From Elusimicrobiota bacterium (GTDB lineage Bacteria > Elusimicrobiota > Elusimicrobia > UBA1565 > UBA9628): a stretch of DNA of 64,000 nucleotides. The stretch spans positions 1,486 through 65,485 of the forward strand of contig JACQPJ010000036.1 in the NCBI GenBank assembly GCA_016207605.1. The letters are read 5' to 3'. Below, in pieces: positions 26,028 to 35,452 of this stretch. The stretch's first letter is position 1; the number at the start of each line of letters is the position of its first letter. The position numbers were made by a program, and so were the translations under genes. The notes under the pieces were generated by a model. The model saw only the letters and a program-made list of their open reading frames with translations. It ran no database searches and had not been told where the DNA came from.

Positions 26028-27482
26028 TCAGGCCTGGAGGTTTTCTTTACGGCAGAAGTCCAGGACTTCTTCGTTGGAACGGACTGGAAGCTCGCGATAG
26101 GCTCGGTAGAGTTTCTCCATCGTCGAAATCCAAAGAGTTCGCCGATCGCCTCGTGAGGAGTCGCGGCGGGAGACGGCGCGCAAGGCCTTGATATAGAGAT
26201 CCCGGGAGCGCGTCGTCACGATGATCCCCGAGAATCCCGCCGCCAGCAGATGGGCGTCGGTCATGAGCCGGGCGGCCCGGCCGTTGCCGTCCGTGAAGGG
26301 ATGGACCTCTGAGACCACGAGCCCCAGAAAGACGGCACGGTGAAAAGGTGAGGCGATCTTCCCGCTCAGCTCCCAGCCAGCGAGCAGCGTCGGGCCGACT
26401 TTCGCGGGATCGACGAAACGCGTGCCGCCGGCATGATTGGGCCGCGTCTTGAACTCCCCAGGGCGCAACGCCGGATTGCCGCCCGCCAGGGAAAGATGCA
26501 GGCGCTTCAAGTAGCTCTCGAACGCCGGATGAGAGGCGTTGACGGCCGGAGGAGTCATTGTCGTCAGCAGGGAGAGGTACGTCTGATGCGTCGCCGCGAG
26601 GGTGCGCTGATCCGGCGCGGGACCGTGATCTTCCCCGCGGTACACGATTCCGACGGCGTCCTCCGGCAAGAACTCGGTTCCCTCGATGTAGTTGGAAAAA
26701 TACGCCGCGATGAAGCAGAAGCGGTCGAATTGAACGGCGTCGTTGGACGACCACGCCCTTCCCTCGATCCTTTCGGAGGTGAGTTCGGACATGAACCCCG
26801 CGAGGTCGGCGAAAAGCTCCACCCGGCTCGGGTCGCCATCATTCTTGTTGAAGAGGGCGCGCAGCCTCGGAGAGCGCACCTTGGCGGGATCGCGTGAGCC
26901 GATCGCAGCGATGACCTCGAGGAGCCCCTCGACGTCGCGTTGATTGCGCTTCGCGACGGCCCGCAGAGCCTTCAAGTCGACTCGCGGGCCCGCCGCAAGG
27001 AGAAATTCTTCAAGTTCTTCGGGCGTAAGCGCGGCGCTCGCGTACTCACCGCGGCGTTTCTCCGTGACTTCTAAGAGAGCGTTCTCGAGCGTTGAGATTT
27101 GGCCGGGACTTCCCAGCATGGAAATCTGGCTCGTCTCGGGCTTCGGCATGCCGGCAAGGAGGCGTATCCGCTTGGGGCCTAAAGTGATGGTCCGGTAGCG
27201 CTTCATCGGCCAGGAGACGAACCACTCCGGAGAGTAGGGGTTGAAATGCAGCGCGGTGCGGTGCGAAACATGGCCCTTTGAGTCCGTCAAGCGCCGGACG
27301 ACGTTGGGCCAGTGATCGGCGAGCGCGGCAGCGGGGTCCTCGCCGCCGCGCACGTATATTCCGTGCCCGAGGGCAACCAGTTCGCCGCACGCCGCGGCGC
27401 GCTCAATGCGCTTGCGCTGTGCGGCGTCGGCGGACGTGGTGACGACTTTTGCCCAGAGAATAGGGCCTGGAATGCGGGGCAC
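26028..27482 (-). CDS. Fic/DOC family protein (AMPylase-type)
   Basis: 484 aa with a GTG start. It has the canonical Fic motif HPFTDGNGRAARL. The gene and its flanks are visibly lower in GC than their neighbours. Confidence 0.85.
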   Translation of the reverse strand: MPRIPGPILWAKVVTTSADAAQRKRIERAAACGELVALGHGIYVRGGEDPAAALADHWPNVVRRLTDSKGHVSHRTALHFNPYSPEWFVSWPMKRYRTITLGPKRIRLLAGMPKPETSQISMLGSPGQISTLENALLEVTEKRRGEYASAALTPEELEEFLLAAGPRVDLKALRAVAKRNQRDVEGLLEVIAAIGSRDPAKVRSPRLRALFNKNDGDPSRVELFADLAGFMSELTSERIEGRAWSSNDAVQFDRFCFIAAYFSNYIEGTEFLPEDAVGIVYRGEDHGPAPDQRTLAATHQTYLSLLTTMTPPAVNASHPAFESYLKRLHLSLAGGNPALRPGEFKTRPNHAGGTRFVDPAKVGPTLLAGWELSGKIASPFHRAVFLGLVVSEVHPFTDGNGRAARLMTDAHLLAAGFSGIIVTTRSRDLYIKALRAVSRRDSSRGDRRTLWISTMEKLYRAYRELPVRSNEEVLDFCRKENLQA

Positions 27483-27723
27483 GGTTACAGTGTGTCACAA
27501 TAATAGAAATAAGTCAATGTCTTTCCATTTATTGAGATATTAAATTATAAATTGTGACATTACGCCCGGAGCATTGACACCCCATCGAGGAGTCGCCCTT
27601 CGCAAGACAAATCTGCAACTTGCGACGACAAGTCGAAACTGCCACAATGTGTCTGCGCTGACGTTGCGGCCTCTAACAAGGCAGCTGTCAGTGGTTAATC
27701 AATCGGAACTTTCGGAAGAATTC

Positions 27724-27809
27724 GGTAGGGTGGCTGAGCGGTCAAAAGCACCGGTCTGTAAAACCGGCGGCAAACGCCTACGCAGGTTCGAATCCTGCCC
27801 CTACCACCA
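27724..27809 (+). tRNA. tRNA-Tyr (anticodon GTA) with long variable arm and encoded CCA
   Basis: 86 nt. Hand-folded cloverleaf: acceptor GGTAGGG/CCCTACC, anticodon stem CCGGT/ACCGG with loop CTGTAAA, variable arm GGC-AAAC-GCC, T-arm GCAGG-TTCGAAT-CCTGC, discriminator A plus CCA. Confidence 0.9.
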
Positions 27810-27815
27810 GCTCTT

Positions 27816-28616
27816 ATGCCCATTCATATCGTCGTCTGCGTCAAAAGCGTTCCCTCCAGCGCCGCCATCCCGGTGGACCCGGGCACCGGCCTGCCCAAGA
27901 CCGCCGGCGTCCCGGCGATCCTCAACCCGTTCGACGAGTACGCCGTGGAGGAGGCGGCGCGGCTTAAAGAACGCCTCCCCGGCTCGACGGCGACCGCGCT
28001 GACCGTCGGCGCCGACGTCGAGGTCCTGCGCGAGGCCGCGGCCCGCGGCTGCGACGCGGGCGTGCAGGTCGCCGGGCCGGAGTTCGAGGGCGGCGACTCG
28101 CTGTCTTCGAGCGCGGCCCTCGCGGCCGCGATCAAGAAGCTGCATGCCGACAAGCCCGTGCACCTGGTCCTTTTTGGCAAGAACGCCAGCGACGAGGCCT
28201 CCGGGACGGTGGGCTCCCAGACCGCGGCCTGGCTGGACTGGCCGGGCGCGGCAGGCGTCAAGAAGATCGAGGCGGCCGACGGCGCGTCCGTCACCGTGCA
28301 CCGCATGATGGAGGACGGGATCGACGCGCTGTCCCTGTCGTTGCCCGCCTGCCTGGCCACGGTCAAGGAGATCAACGAGCCGCGCCTGCCCTCGCTCAAG
28401 GGCAAGATGGCGGCCAAAAAGGCCGTCTTCCCCAAGTGGGGCGCGGCCGAGCTGGGCCTCGACCCCGCTCAAGTCGGCGCCGCCGGGGCCGGAACCCGGC
28501 TCGCCAAGGCCTCCCCTCCGCCGCCGCGCCCCGCGGGCGTCAAGGTCGAGGGCGCCACCGCCGCCGAGAAGGCGGCCAAGCTGGTGGACCTCCTTCTAGA
28601 AAGGAAGCTGATCTGA
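27816..28616 (+). CDS. etfB: electron transfer flavoprotein beta subunit
   Basis: 266 aa. The N-terminus MPIHIVVCVKSVPSS..NPFDEYAVEEAARLKE is typical of EtfB. It has an ATGA overlap with etfA. Confidence 0.9.
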   Translation: MPIHIVVCVKSVPSSAAIPVDPGTGLPKTAGVPAILNPFDEYAVEEAARLKERLPGSTATALTVGADVEVLREAAARGCDAGVQVAGPEFEGGDSLSSSAALAAAIKKLHADKPVHLVLFGKNASDEASGTVGSQTAAWLDWPGAAGVKKIEAADGASVTVHRMMEDGIDALSLSLPACLATVKEINEPRLPSLKGKMAAKKAVFPKWGAAELGLDPAQVGAAGAGTRLAKASPPPPRPAGVKVEGATAAEKAAKLVDLLLERKLI

Positions 28617-29584
28617 TGGCCAACCCCGGGATACTGATCGTCGTCGCTCCCCAACGCGGCGTCCTCCCCCCCGCGGCCTTCGAGCTGGTCACCGCGGGCC
28701 GCCGGCTGGCGGACGCCTTGAAGGAGCCGCTGTCGGCCGTCGTGCTGTCGGATAAAGCCCAAGGTCCGGCCGCGGAGCTGGCCGCCCGCGGCGTGGACAA
28801 GGTCTACGCCGTCGAGCACCCCCTCCTCGCCGACTTCGTCGAGGAGCTCCACGCCAAGGCCGCCGCCGAGGCGGCGCGCAAGTCCGGCACGGGCAAGATC
28901 CTGGTCTCCTCCAGCGTCGCCGGACGCGCGCTCGCCGCGCGCCTGGCCGTCCTGCTCAAGGCGGGGCTGGCCGCCGACGTCTTCGAGATCCGCCCGGACG
29001 GCCGCGTCCTGCGCCCCCTCTTCTCCGGCAACCTGATCGCCGAGGTCGAGTTCAAGACGCCGGTCGCCGTGATCAGCGTGGCGCCCATGACCTTCCCCCG
29101 CGCCGAGAAGGCCGCCAAGACGGGAGCCGTCGAGCCCCTGGCCTTCGACCCCGGCGCCCCCCGCTCGCGCTTCGTGTCCTTTAAGGCCGAGGAGTCCAAC
29201 GAAGTGGACCTGGGCGCGGCCGAGCGCGTGGTCTCCGGCGGGCGCGGCCTGGGCGGGCCCGAGGGCTTCAAGCTGGTCTTCGACCTGGCCCACGCCCTGG
29301 GCGCGGCCGTGGGCGCCAGCCGCGCGGCCGTGGACTCCGGCTGGATTCCCTACCGCCACCAGGTGGGCCTGACCGGGCGCAGCGTGCGCCCCAAGCTCTA
29401 CGTCGCGGTGGGAATCTCCGGCCAGATTCAGCACCTGGCCGGCATGTCCTCGTCCGGGACCGTCGTGGCGATCAATCCCGACAAGGACTGCCCGATGATG
29501 CAGACGGCCAACGTCGCCGTCCAGGGCGACTACAAGGAACTCATCCCGCTGATCATCGCCGACATTAAGAAACGCCGGGGCTAG
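28616..29584 (+). CDS. etfA: electron transfer flavoprotein alpha subunit
   Basis: The track ORF is trimmed to the ATG at 28616 (aa 61). Motifs: VVSGGRGLG, the FAD-binding GASRAAVDSGW..QVGLTGRSVRPKLYVAVGISGQIQH, and AINPDKDCPMMQTANV. Confidence 0.9.
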   Translation: MANPGILIVVAPQRGVLPPAAFELVTAGRRLADALKEPLSAVVLSDKAQGPAAELAARGVDKVYAVEHPLLADFVEELHAKAAAEAARKSGTGKILVSSSVAGRALAARLAVLLKAGLAADVFEIRPDGRVLRPLFSGNLIAEVEFKTPVAVISVAPMTFPRAEKAAKTGAVEPLAFDPGAPRSRFVSFKAEESNEVDLGAAERVVSGGRGLGGPEGFKLVFDLAHALGAAVGASRAAVDSGWIPYRHQVGLTGRSVRPKLYVAVGISGQIQHLAGMSSSGTVVAINPDKDCPMMQTANVAVQGDYKELIPLIIADIKKRRG

Positions 29585-29647
29585 ACGCTACAAGGCCTTC
29601 CTCAGCCGCGTCTGTGCCGCGTCCGAAGGATCGCGGCCTAGACGCTC
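29585..29647 (+). repeat. 56-bp structured repeat family, copy A (single unit plus partial), filling the spacer between convergent etfA and the DHH gene
   Basis: Sequence: GACGCTACAAGGCCTTCCTCAGCCGCGTC TGTGCC GCGTCCGAAGGATCGCGGC CTAG. Stem 1 is GACGC/GCGTC and hairpin 2 is GCCGCG-TCC-GAA-GGA-T-CGCGGC. Confidence 0.7.
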
Positions 29648-30688
29648 CTAGACGCCGTCCCGGAAGGCCCAGCGGCGCTGGGCCGGGTCCAGTCCCTGTC
29701 CGGCCAGAAAGCCGGAGGCCGTCTTGTCCTCGGCCTCGCGCCAGGCAGCCTCCGGGGCGCCCTCGCCGACCTCAACCGAGCCCCCCGCGATCATGGCGTG
29801 CCCCCCGCCGCGGTTGCCGCCGCCGAGCAGGCGCTTGAGCAGGCGCCCGGCCCCGGCGCCGGGGTCGCTGGAGCGCAGGGAAACGTGGAGGCGGCCGGCG
29901 TAGCGGGCGGTGACCAGGGACCAACGCAGGCCGTTGAGCGTCAGCAGGAAGTCCGCCATCTGGGCCGCGCGGTCCGGCGTGTCCACCTCGCCCAGGTGCG
30001 CGCCGAGCGCGCGCCCGACGACGAACGCCTCCTGGATGCCGCGGGCCAGCGTCGTGAAGAAGCGTTCCGAGCGACGCGGGTAGGAGATGCGCCAGAGGGT
30101 CTTCATGTGCGCCTTGGGCCAGAGGGCCTGGTAGGCCTCCATGTCGCGGGGCGCGGCCTCGCGGCCGAGGTTCTGGGTCTCGGAGCCGATGCCGTAGATG
30201 ACGGCGGTGGCCAGGCGCCGGGGAACGCGCACGCCGGACAGGCGCAGAGCCTCGACGAGAATGGTGGTGGTGGCGCCGACGCCCTCGTCGACGAGGGCGA
30301 GGTCGGCCGGGGTGTCGGGGTGGCGCGGGTGGTGGTCGATGATCAAGTCGGGGATGCGGCGCGGCGGGCAGCGGTTGTTCTTGAAGGGCGGCTGGGTGTC
30401 CACCAGCGCGAGATGGGGCACTCCCGCCAGTTCGCCCTTGCGCAGGGGGCGCGCCGGCATCAGGAGCCGCTCGGCCATCATGCGGTTCTCGGCGCGGCCG
30501 ATGGCGCCGCCGTAGACGATGCGGGAGCGGATGCGCCCCAGGGCTTGGGCCAAATGGGCCAGCGCCCAGGCGCTGGCCAGGGCGTCGGGATCGGGATGGT
30601 CGTGGGTGAGGATGGTCAGAGGAGAGAGGGACCGGCCTTTCTCCGTGAACAGCTTGATGAGGCGGCCCGCGTGAAAGCCCGGCCTCAC
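29648..30688 (-). CDS. DHH/DHHA1-family phosphoesterase (NrnA/DhhP-like; candidate c-di-AMP or pApA phosphodiesterase)
   Basis: 346 aa. Motifs: THDHPDPDALAS (DHH motif I/II region), IIDHHP (DHH), and GGGHAMIAGG (DHHA1 GGGH motif). It overlaps cdaA by 4 nt. Confidence 0.8.
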   Translation of the reverse strand: MRPGFHAGRLIKLFTEKGRSLSPLTILTHDHPDPDALASAWALAHLAQALGRIRSRIVYGGAIGRAENRMMAERLLMPARPLRKGELAGVPHLALVDTQPPFKNNRCPPRRIPDLIIDHHPRHPDTPADLALVDEGVGATTTILVEALRLSGVRVPRRLATAVIYGIGSETQNLGREAAPRDMEAYQALWPKAHMKTLWRISYPRRSERFFTTLARGIQEAFVVGRALGAHLGEVDTPDRAAQMADFLLTLNGLRWSLVTARYAGRLHVSLRSSDPGAGAGRLLKRLLGGGNRGGGHAMIAGGSVEVGEGAPEAAWREAEDKTASGFLAGQGLDPAQRRWAFRDGV

Positions 30689-31566
30689 CTCCCCCTCCCG
30701 ATCCCCACGAAGAAGATCCAGAGCAGGACCGCGGCCGCCGCCGCGATCAGCTTCTCGCGCCAGTTCTGCGAGAGAAAGCGCAGCAGCACGTTCTCGGACT
30801 GAAGCGGCAGGCGCTCGCGGAAGAAAAGCTCGATCTCGTCCTGCAGGTCCTCCAGGCCGTCCACGGCCTTGAGCCCCCCGCGACGCGCCGTCGAGATGGT
30901 GCCGTGCTCCTCGCTGACGGCCAGGCAGAGCGCGTCGGCGCGCTCCGAGAGTCCCAGCGCCGCGGAGTGCCGCGTGCCCAGGTGCGTGACCTTGGCGAAG
31001 TCCTTGGAGAGCGGGAGCTGGACGCCGAAGCGGGAGACGCGCCCTTCCTCAATAAGCAGGGCCCCGTCGTGGCCCAGCGAGTGCGAGTCGAAGATGCTCT
31101 TGATCAGGGCCTCGGAGAGGTCGCCGTTCAAGTCCCAGCCGCCCGAGAGATGCCGGTCGAGGGGATCGAGGCCGCGCAGGACCACCAGCGCGCCGATGCG
31201 GTCGCGCGCCAGGTCGCCGAGCGAGCGCACCAGGATCTCGACTTGGCGGTGCGTGGGCGCGGACTTGAGCACGCCGCCCGTCAGGCTCCATACCGCCAGG
31301 CGCTCGAAGGCGGAGCGGATTTCCTCCTGGAAGATGACGATCACCGCGACGATGAAGACCGCGAAAAACCCCTGGAACAGCCCCACCGTCATGTGCATCC
31401 CGGAGAGGTAGGCGAGCGCGTACACCAACGCGAGCAAAAACAGGCCTATCGCCACGAACGCCGCGCGCGTGCGCTTGAACCAAAGCAGGAGCGCGTAGAT
31501 CAGCGCCCCGACCAGCGCCATATCCAGCACGTCGGCAGCCACGGCGTGCCTGAGGTTGGAGAGCAT
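30685..31566 (-). CDS. cdaA: diadenylate cyclase (c-di-AMP synthase), membrane-anchored CdaA type
   Basis: The track ORF 30685..32106 is trimmed to Met-181 (31566). It has three N-terminal TM helices followed by DisA_N motifs: HDGALLIEEGRV, LGTRHSAALGLSE, LAVSEEHGTIS. Confidence 0.85.
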   Translation of the reverse strand: MLSNLRHAVAADVLDMALVGALIYALLLWFKRTRAAFVAIGLFLLALVYALAYLSGMHMTVGLFQGFFAVFIVAVIVIFQEEIRSAFERLAVWSLTGGVLKSAPTHRQVEILVRSLGDLARDRIGALVVLRGLDPLDRHLSGGWDLNGDLSEALIKSIFDSHSLGHDGALLIEEGRVSRFGVQLPLSKDFAKVTHLGTRHSAALGLSERADALCLAVSEEHGTISTARRGGLKAVDGLEDLQDEIELFFRERLPLQSENVLLRFLSQNWREKLIAAAAAVLLWIFFVGIGRGR

Positions 31567-31666
31567 CGCGCCTTTAGTATAGCGCAAGAAGCGCGAGCCC
31601 GCCAGGAAGCCGCGGCGCGCGATCTCCCGTGTAATCGGAGCCGCGGTATGGCTATAATCCTCAGAT

Positions 31667-33817
31667 ATGACCATGAACTTAGGGCTGGAAGAAGAAGCGG
31701 GCCGTTTGGCTTCGGCCGTGCGCGAGGACGGCCTGGATGGAGCGGCCAACAGGCCCTTGAGCCCCGCGGCGAACGAGAAACTGCAGGCCAGCCTGCGAAC
31801 GATGCGCGCGGCCGCTCTTGACGGACGCCCCGCCAACGCCCGCATGAACGCCGCCGAGGCGCTGGAGGTCCTGCGCGCGGACACCGAGGAGGCCGGCTGG
31901 GATTTCAATCGGCTGGACGCCGTCGTGACGCGGACCCTCGACGAAACCGCCGCGCGCCGGGTCCGCCAGGGCGAGGAGCCCGCTCGGTTCGCGCGGACTC
32001 TGCTCGAAAGCCCCTCCACGCAGAATGCGGCTCTGCAAGGCGCTTCCTCCACGTGGGCCGCCCGCCGGCTCGCGGACTTGTCGATGCCGCGGACGTTCAC
32101 GTCCAAGACCCTGGTCCTGATGCTCCTCGGAGCCTCGATCCAAGTCCTGACCTACCCCTACCTGGTCCTCAAGGCCGGCATCGCCTCCGGCATCAGCATC
32201 TCGTCGGCGTTTCTGGCTTTTGCGCTGCAGAAGCTGACGTCCCGCTCGGGGCGCGTGGACGTGCGGGAGACCAACCAAATCCAGACCTTCATCGCCGCCT
32301 CGGGCTACGTCAGCTTCATGGTGGTGGTCCTGGCCGCCATGGACATGCTGGGCATTCTTCCCCCCAATCCCTGGCTCGTAGGCCTGTGGCTGGCGACCCT
32401 CGCCGTCCTGGGAACCTGGATGGTCGTTCCTTTCCGGCATCAAATGCTGGAAGTGGAGAAGCTGCCGTTCCCGGACGGCGCCGCCGTCGGCGAGCTGCTG
32501 CTGACGCTGGAGGATCCCACGGGCGCGAGCGCGGCGCAGACCAAATCGCTGGGTCTGGCCGCGGGGATCGCCGTCTTTTTCGTCGTGATCAAGGACTGGC
32601 TGCGCTGGATTCCCGCGCTTTTCGCCAACGAATTCCGCGTCGGCTTCGAGCCGTCCACGCTGCTGATGGGCGCCGGCGCGATCATCGGGCAGGAATCCTC
32701 CGGCAGAAAGACGCTGTTCTGGGCCTGCGCGACCGCCCTGGTCACCTGGGTCCTCGCGGCCCCGTGGATGGTAAGCTCGGGCTTGGCGCAGGAAGTCGCT
32801 GGGATCTTCGGGACGACCAAGGCGCTGGCCAACCGCAACTATTACCCCGTCCTCATGAGCTGGACGATGTGGCCGGCGACGATGCTGATGGTCGCCCACG
32901 GCCTGACGGCCCTGGCGCTGAATTGGAGACAGTTCAGGGACTCGTTCATGTCCCTGCAGGCGGCGGCGAAGGGCTTCCAGGCCCCGCAGAAGGACGTGCC
33001 CTTGAAGCCGCTGCTCGCGGGCATTCTGGCGCTCACGGCGCTGCTGGGCTGGCTGCAGCACGTTCTGTTCGGCATCAGCCCCCTGATCTCGGCCCTGGGC
33101 GTCCTGGTCTCCATTCCGCTGATGATGATGGGCATGCGCGTCAAAGGGCTCTCGGGCATCGGCCCCGTCTCCATCATCGGGTCCGTGGTGCAGCTGGTCT
33201 TCGGCTTCATCGCGCCGGGCAACCTGCCCGTGAACATGGCCACCTCCGCCAGCGGAGCCACGATCGCCGGGACGTCGGAAGCCGAGGGCGACGAGTTCCG
33301 AGCGGGCGCCATCGTCGGCAACCATCCCCGGACCTTGGTGATCATCCAATCCTGGGCCATGCCGTTTGCGACCATGCTCCTGGGGGTGGTCAGCTATCCC
33401 GTCGTCAAGACAATCTGGGGGTTCGGAGAAAACGGCCTGCCGGCCCCCACCGCCCACAAATGGCAGGGGCTCGCCCAGATCCTGAACAAGGGCGCAGCCG
33501 CGCTGCCCCACAGCAGCATCCCGGCGATGGAGATCGCCATCGCCGCGGGGATTCTCCTGGCCCTCTTGGAGACCCGGACGCAAAAGACGCGCTGGGCGTT
33601 CTGGACGCCCTCCTGCACGGGAATCGGCCTGGCCATGCTTCTGCCGGCGTCCATCATGTTCTCGATGGCGGCGGGCGCCTTGATCGCGTGGCTGCTGGGC
33701 CGCTCCTGGAGCCGGAGCAGGTCCTTCGTGGTCCCTACGGCCGCCGGCCTCATCGTCGGCGACGCGATGACGAGCCTGGCCGGCGGCGTGCTCCGGGTCG
33801 CCGGCCTGCTGCGCTGA
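31667..33817 (+). CDS. OPT-superfamily oligopeptide transporter with an N-terminal soluble extension of about 130 aa
   Basis: 716 aa. Polytopic and OPT-like from about aa 140 (KTLVLMLLGASIQVLTYPYLVLKAGIASGISISSAF ...). TATAAT at 31653-31658 lies 8 nt before the ATG, supporting this start. Confidence 0.75.
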   Translation: MTMNLGLEEEAGRLASAVREDGLDGAANRPLSPAANEKLQASLRTMRAAALDGRPANARMNAAEALEVLRADTEEAGWDFNRLDAVVTRTLDETAARRVRQGEEPARFARTLLESPSTQNAALQGASSTWAARRLADLSMPRTFTSKTLVLMLLGASIQVLTYPYLVLKAGIASGISISSAFLAFALQKLTSRSGRVDVRETNQIQTFIAASGYVSFMVVVLAAMDMLGILPPNPWLVGLWLATLAVLGTWMVVPFRHQMLEVEKLPFPDGAAVGELLLTLEDPTGASAAQTKSLGLAAGIAVFFVVIKDWLRWIPALFANEFRVGFEPSTLLMGAGAIIGQESSGRKTLFWACATALVTWVLAAPWMVSSGLAQEVAGIFGTTKALANRNYYPVLMSWTMWPATMLMVAHGLTALALNWRQFRDSFMSLQAAAKGFQAPQKDVPLKPLLAGILALTALLGWLQHVLFGISPLISALGVLVSIPLMMMGMRVKGLSGIGPVSIIGSVVQLVFGFIAPGNLPVNMATSASGATIAGTSEAEGDEFRAGAIVGNHPRTLVIIQSWAMPFATMLLGVVSYPVVKTIWGFGENGLPAPTAHKWQGLAQILNKGAAALPHSSIPAMEIAIAAGILLALLETRTQKTRWAFWTPSCTGIGLAMLLPASIMFSMAAGALIAWLLGRSWSRSRSFVVPTAAGLIVGDAMTSLAGGVLRVAGLLR

Positions 33818-33827
33818 GCGCCGCCGG

Positions 33828-33890
33828 GGCCGCGACCCTTCGGGCTCGGCACAGACGCGTCTGAGGAAAGCCTCTTAGCGTCTAGCGTCC
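33828..33890 (-). repeat. 56-bp structured repeat family, copy B (inverted orientation), between convergent OPT and M28 genes; overlaps the last ~5 codons and stop of the M28 gene
   Basis: The reverse complement reads GACGCTAAGAGGCTTTCCTCAGACGCGTC TGTGCC GAGCCCGAAGGGTCGCGGC. Confidence 0.7.
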
Positions 33891-35452
33891 TTGAACTCGG
33901 CCCCGGGCTTCCAGCGCGGCCAGCGGTCGCTGTCGGCCAGCCGCCGGCCCGTCTCATAAAAGAAGCGCAGGTCCTCGACCATGCCGGAGAGGTCCCAGTC
34001 GGGTTTGATCGTGTCGCTGGTCCGGTGGTAGTGGTTGGCGGAGTACTCCTCCCGCTTGCGTCGGACGTGGTCCGGGTCGGGGCCCAGGCCCTCCACCCCG
34101 GCGCCGTAGTCCACCGCGGGCACGCCGTGCTTGGCGAACTCGAAATGGTCGGCGCGGAAGAAGTTGCCTTTCTCGGGCGTGGCGGTGTCCCGGACCACGC
34201 GGCCGCGCTCGCGGGCGAGGGCCTCCAGCTCCTCGCCGAGCGTGGAGAGGCCGTGCCCGATCGCGACGAAATCGCGCGTGCGGCCCCAAGCGTTGAGGAT
34301 GTCCATGTTGAAGTCGGCCACGGTCTTGGACAGGGGGTAGAAGGGGTTCTCGGCGTAGTACTTGGCGCCCAACAAGCCCTTCTCCTCGGCCGTCGTGGCC
34401 AGGAACAGGATCGAGCGCTTGGTCCGCGGCGTGAGGGAGGCGAAGGCCCGCGCCAGGTTGAAGAGGGCGGAGACGCCGGACGCGTCGTCGAGCGCGCCGC
34501 TGTAGATCCCGCCGTCGGCGTCGCGCCCCAGGTGATCCCAGTGCGCGCTGTAGATCACGTGCTCATCCTTGAGCTTGGGATCGGAGCCCTCCAGCCGGGC
34601 GACCACGTTGGCCGAGCGCACCGAGCGCAACTCGCTGCGCAGGGAGAAGTCCGCCTTCACCGGCAGCTCCACGGGCCTGAAGTCGGGGCGCAGCGCCGCC
34701 GTCTTGAGCGCGTCGAAGTCCTGGCCTCCCAGCGCCAGGAGCCGGCGCGCCGTCTCGGCGTCGATCCAGGCCCGAGCCGCCACGCTGGAGGCGTTGCCGT
34801 CCGGGCGCTGAAGGTCGCAGGTCTCGATCCCCGCCATCGAGTTCTGGACCACGCTCCACGGGTAGCCCGCCGGCCCGGTCTCGTGCACGATGATGCAGGC
34901 CGCGGCCTTCTTCTCGGCGGCGATCTCGTACTTGTAGGTCCAGCGCCCATAGTACGTCATCGCCTTGCCCTTGAAGCCTGGGTCGTTGACGAGCACCAGC
35001 AGCGTCTTGCCCGTCATGTCCATGCCCTTGAAGTCGTCCCAGCCGTACTCCGGCGCGACGACGCCGTAGCCCGCGAAGACGACCGGAGACCCGGCGACCT
35101 CGACGGAGGGTCTGGCGCGAAGGGTGGCCGCGACCAACTCCTCGGGAATCCGCGGAGCGAAAGCTCCCCTCGCGCCGCGGAAGGCCGCCGTCGCGGCGGT
35201 CTTGAGCCCCAGCAGCGGGACCATCTGCGTGAAGGAGCCGTCCGGATTGCCCGGCGCCAGCCCCAGCGCCTGGAACTGCTCGGTCAGGTACCTGACCGTG
35301 AGATCCTCGCCCCGCGAGGCCGGCGCCCGCCCCTCGAACTCGTCGGCGCTCAGGACCCGGATGTGCCTCATCAACTCGTCGGCCGTGATGAGGTCCTCTC
35401 CCGCGGGCATCATGACGGCGTCATTATATCCCATCTCGTCGCCTCCAGGCAT
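33875..35452 (-). CDS. M28-family aminopeptidase with PA domain
   Basis: 525 aa. Motifs: VIYSAHWDHLG, GALDDASGVSALFNLARAF, FLATTAEEKGLLGAKYY, FFRADHFEFAKHGVP. These are the M28 zinc-ligand motifs. Confidence 0.8.
   Translation of the reverse strand: MPGGDEMGYNDAVMMPAGEDLITADELMRHIRVLSADEFEGRAPASRGEDLTVRYLTEQFQALGLAPGNPDGSFTQMVPLLGLKTAATAAFRGARGAFAPRIPEELVAATLRARPSVEVAGSPVVFAGYGVVAPEYGWDDFKGMDMTGKTLLVLVNDPGFKGKAMTYYGRWTYKYEIAAEKKAAACIIVHETGPAGYPWSVVQNSMAGIETCDLQRPDGNASSVAARAWIDAETARRLLALGGQDFDALKTAALRPDFRPVELPVKADFSLRSELRSVRSANVVARLEGSDPKLKDEHVIYSAHWDHLGRDADGGIYSGALDDASGVSALFNLARAFASLTPRTKRSILFLATTAEEKGLLGAKYYAENPFYPLSKTVADFNMDILNAWGRTRDFVAIGHGLSTLGEELEALARERGRVVRDTATPEKGNFFRADHFEFAKHGVPAVDYGAGVEGLGPDPDHVRRKREEYSANHYHRTSDTIKPDWDLSGMVEDLRFFYETGRRLADSDRWPRWKPGAEFKDARR

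Noticed and set aside
26028-27809. Calling the Fic/tRNA-Tyr region a bona fide integrative mobile element
   Set aside because: No integrase, recombinase or duplicated tRNA 3' segment is visible in the window. Only the compositional and positional hints remain, and these are kept as a low-key finding.
31567-31666. c-di-AMP (ydaO-type) riboswitch in the cdaA/OPT divergent spacer
   Set aside because: The spacer is only 100 nt and both flanking genes have -10 boxes within 9 nt of their starts. That leaves no room for a leader RNA of about 120-140 nt, and I saw no pseudo-symmetric ydaO-like motifs.
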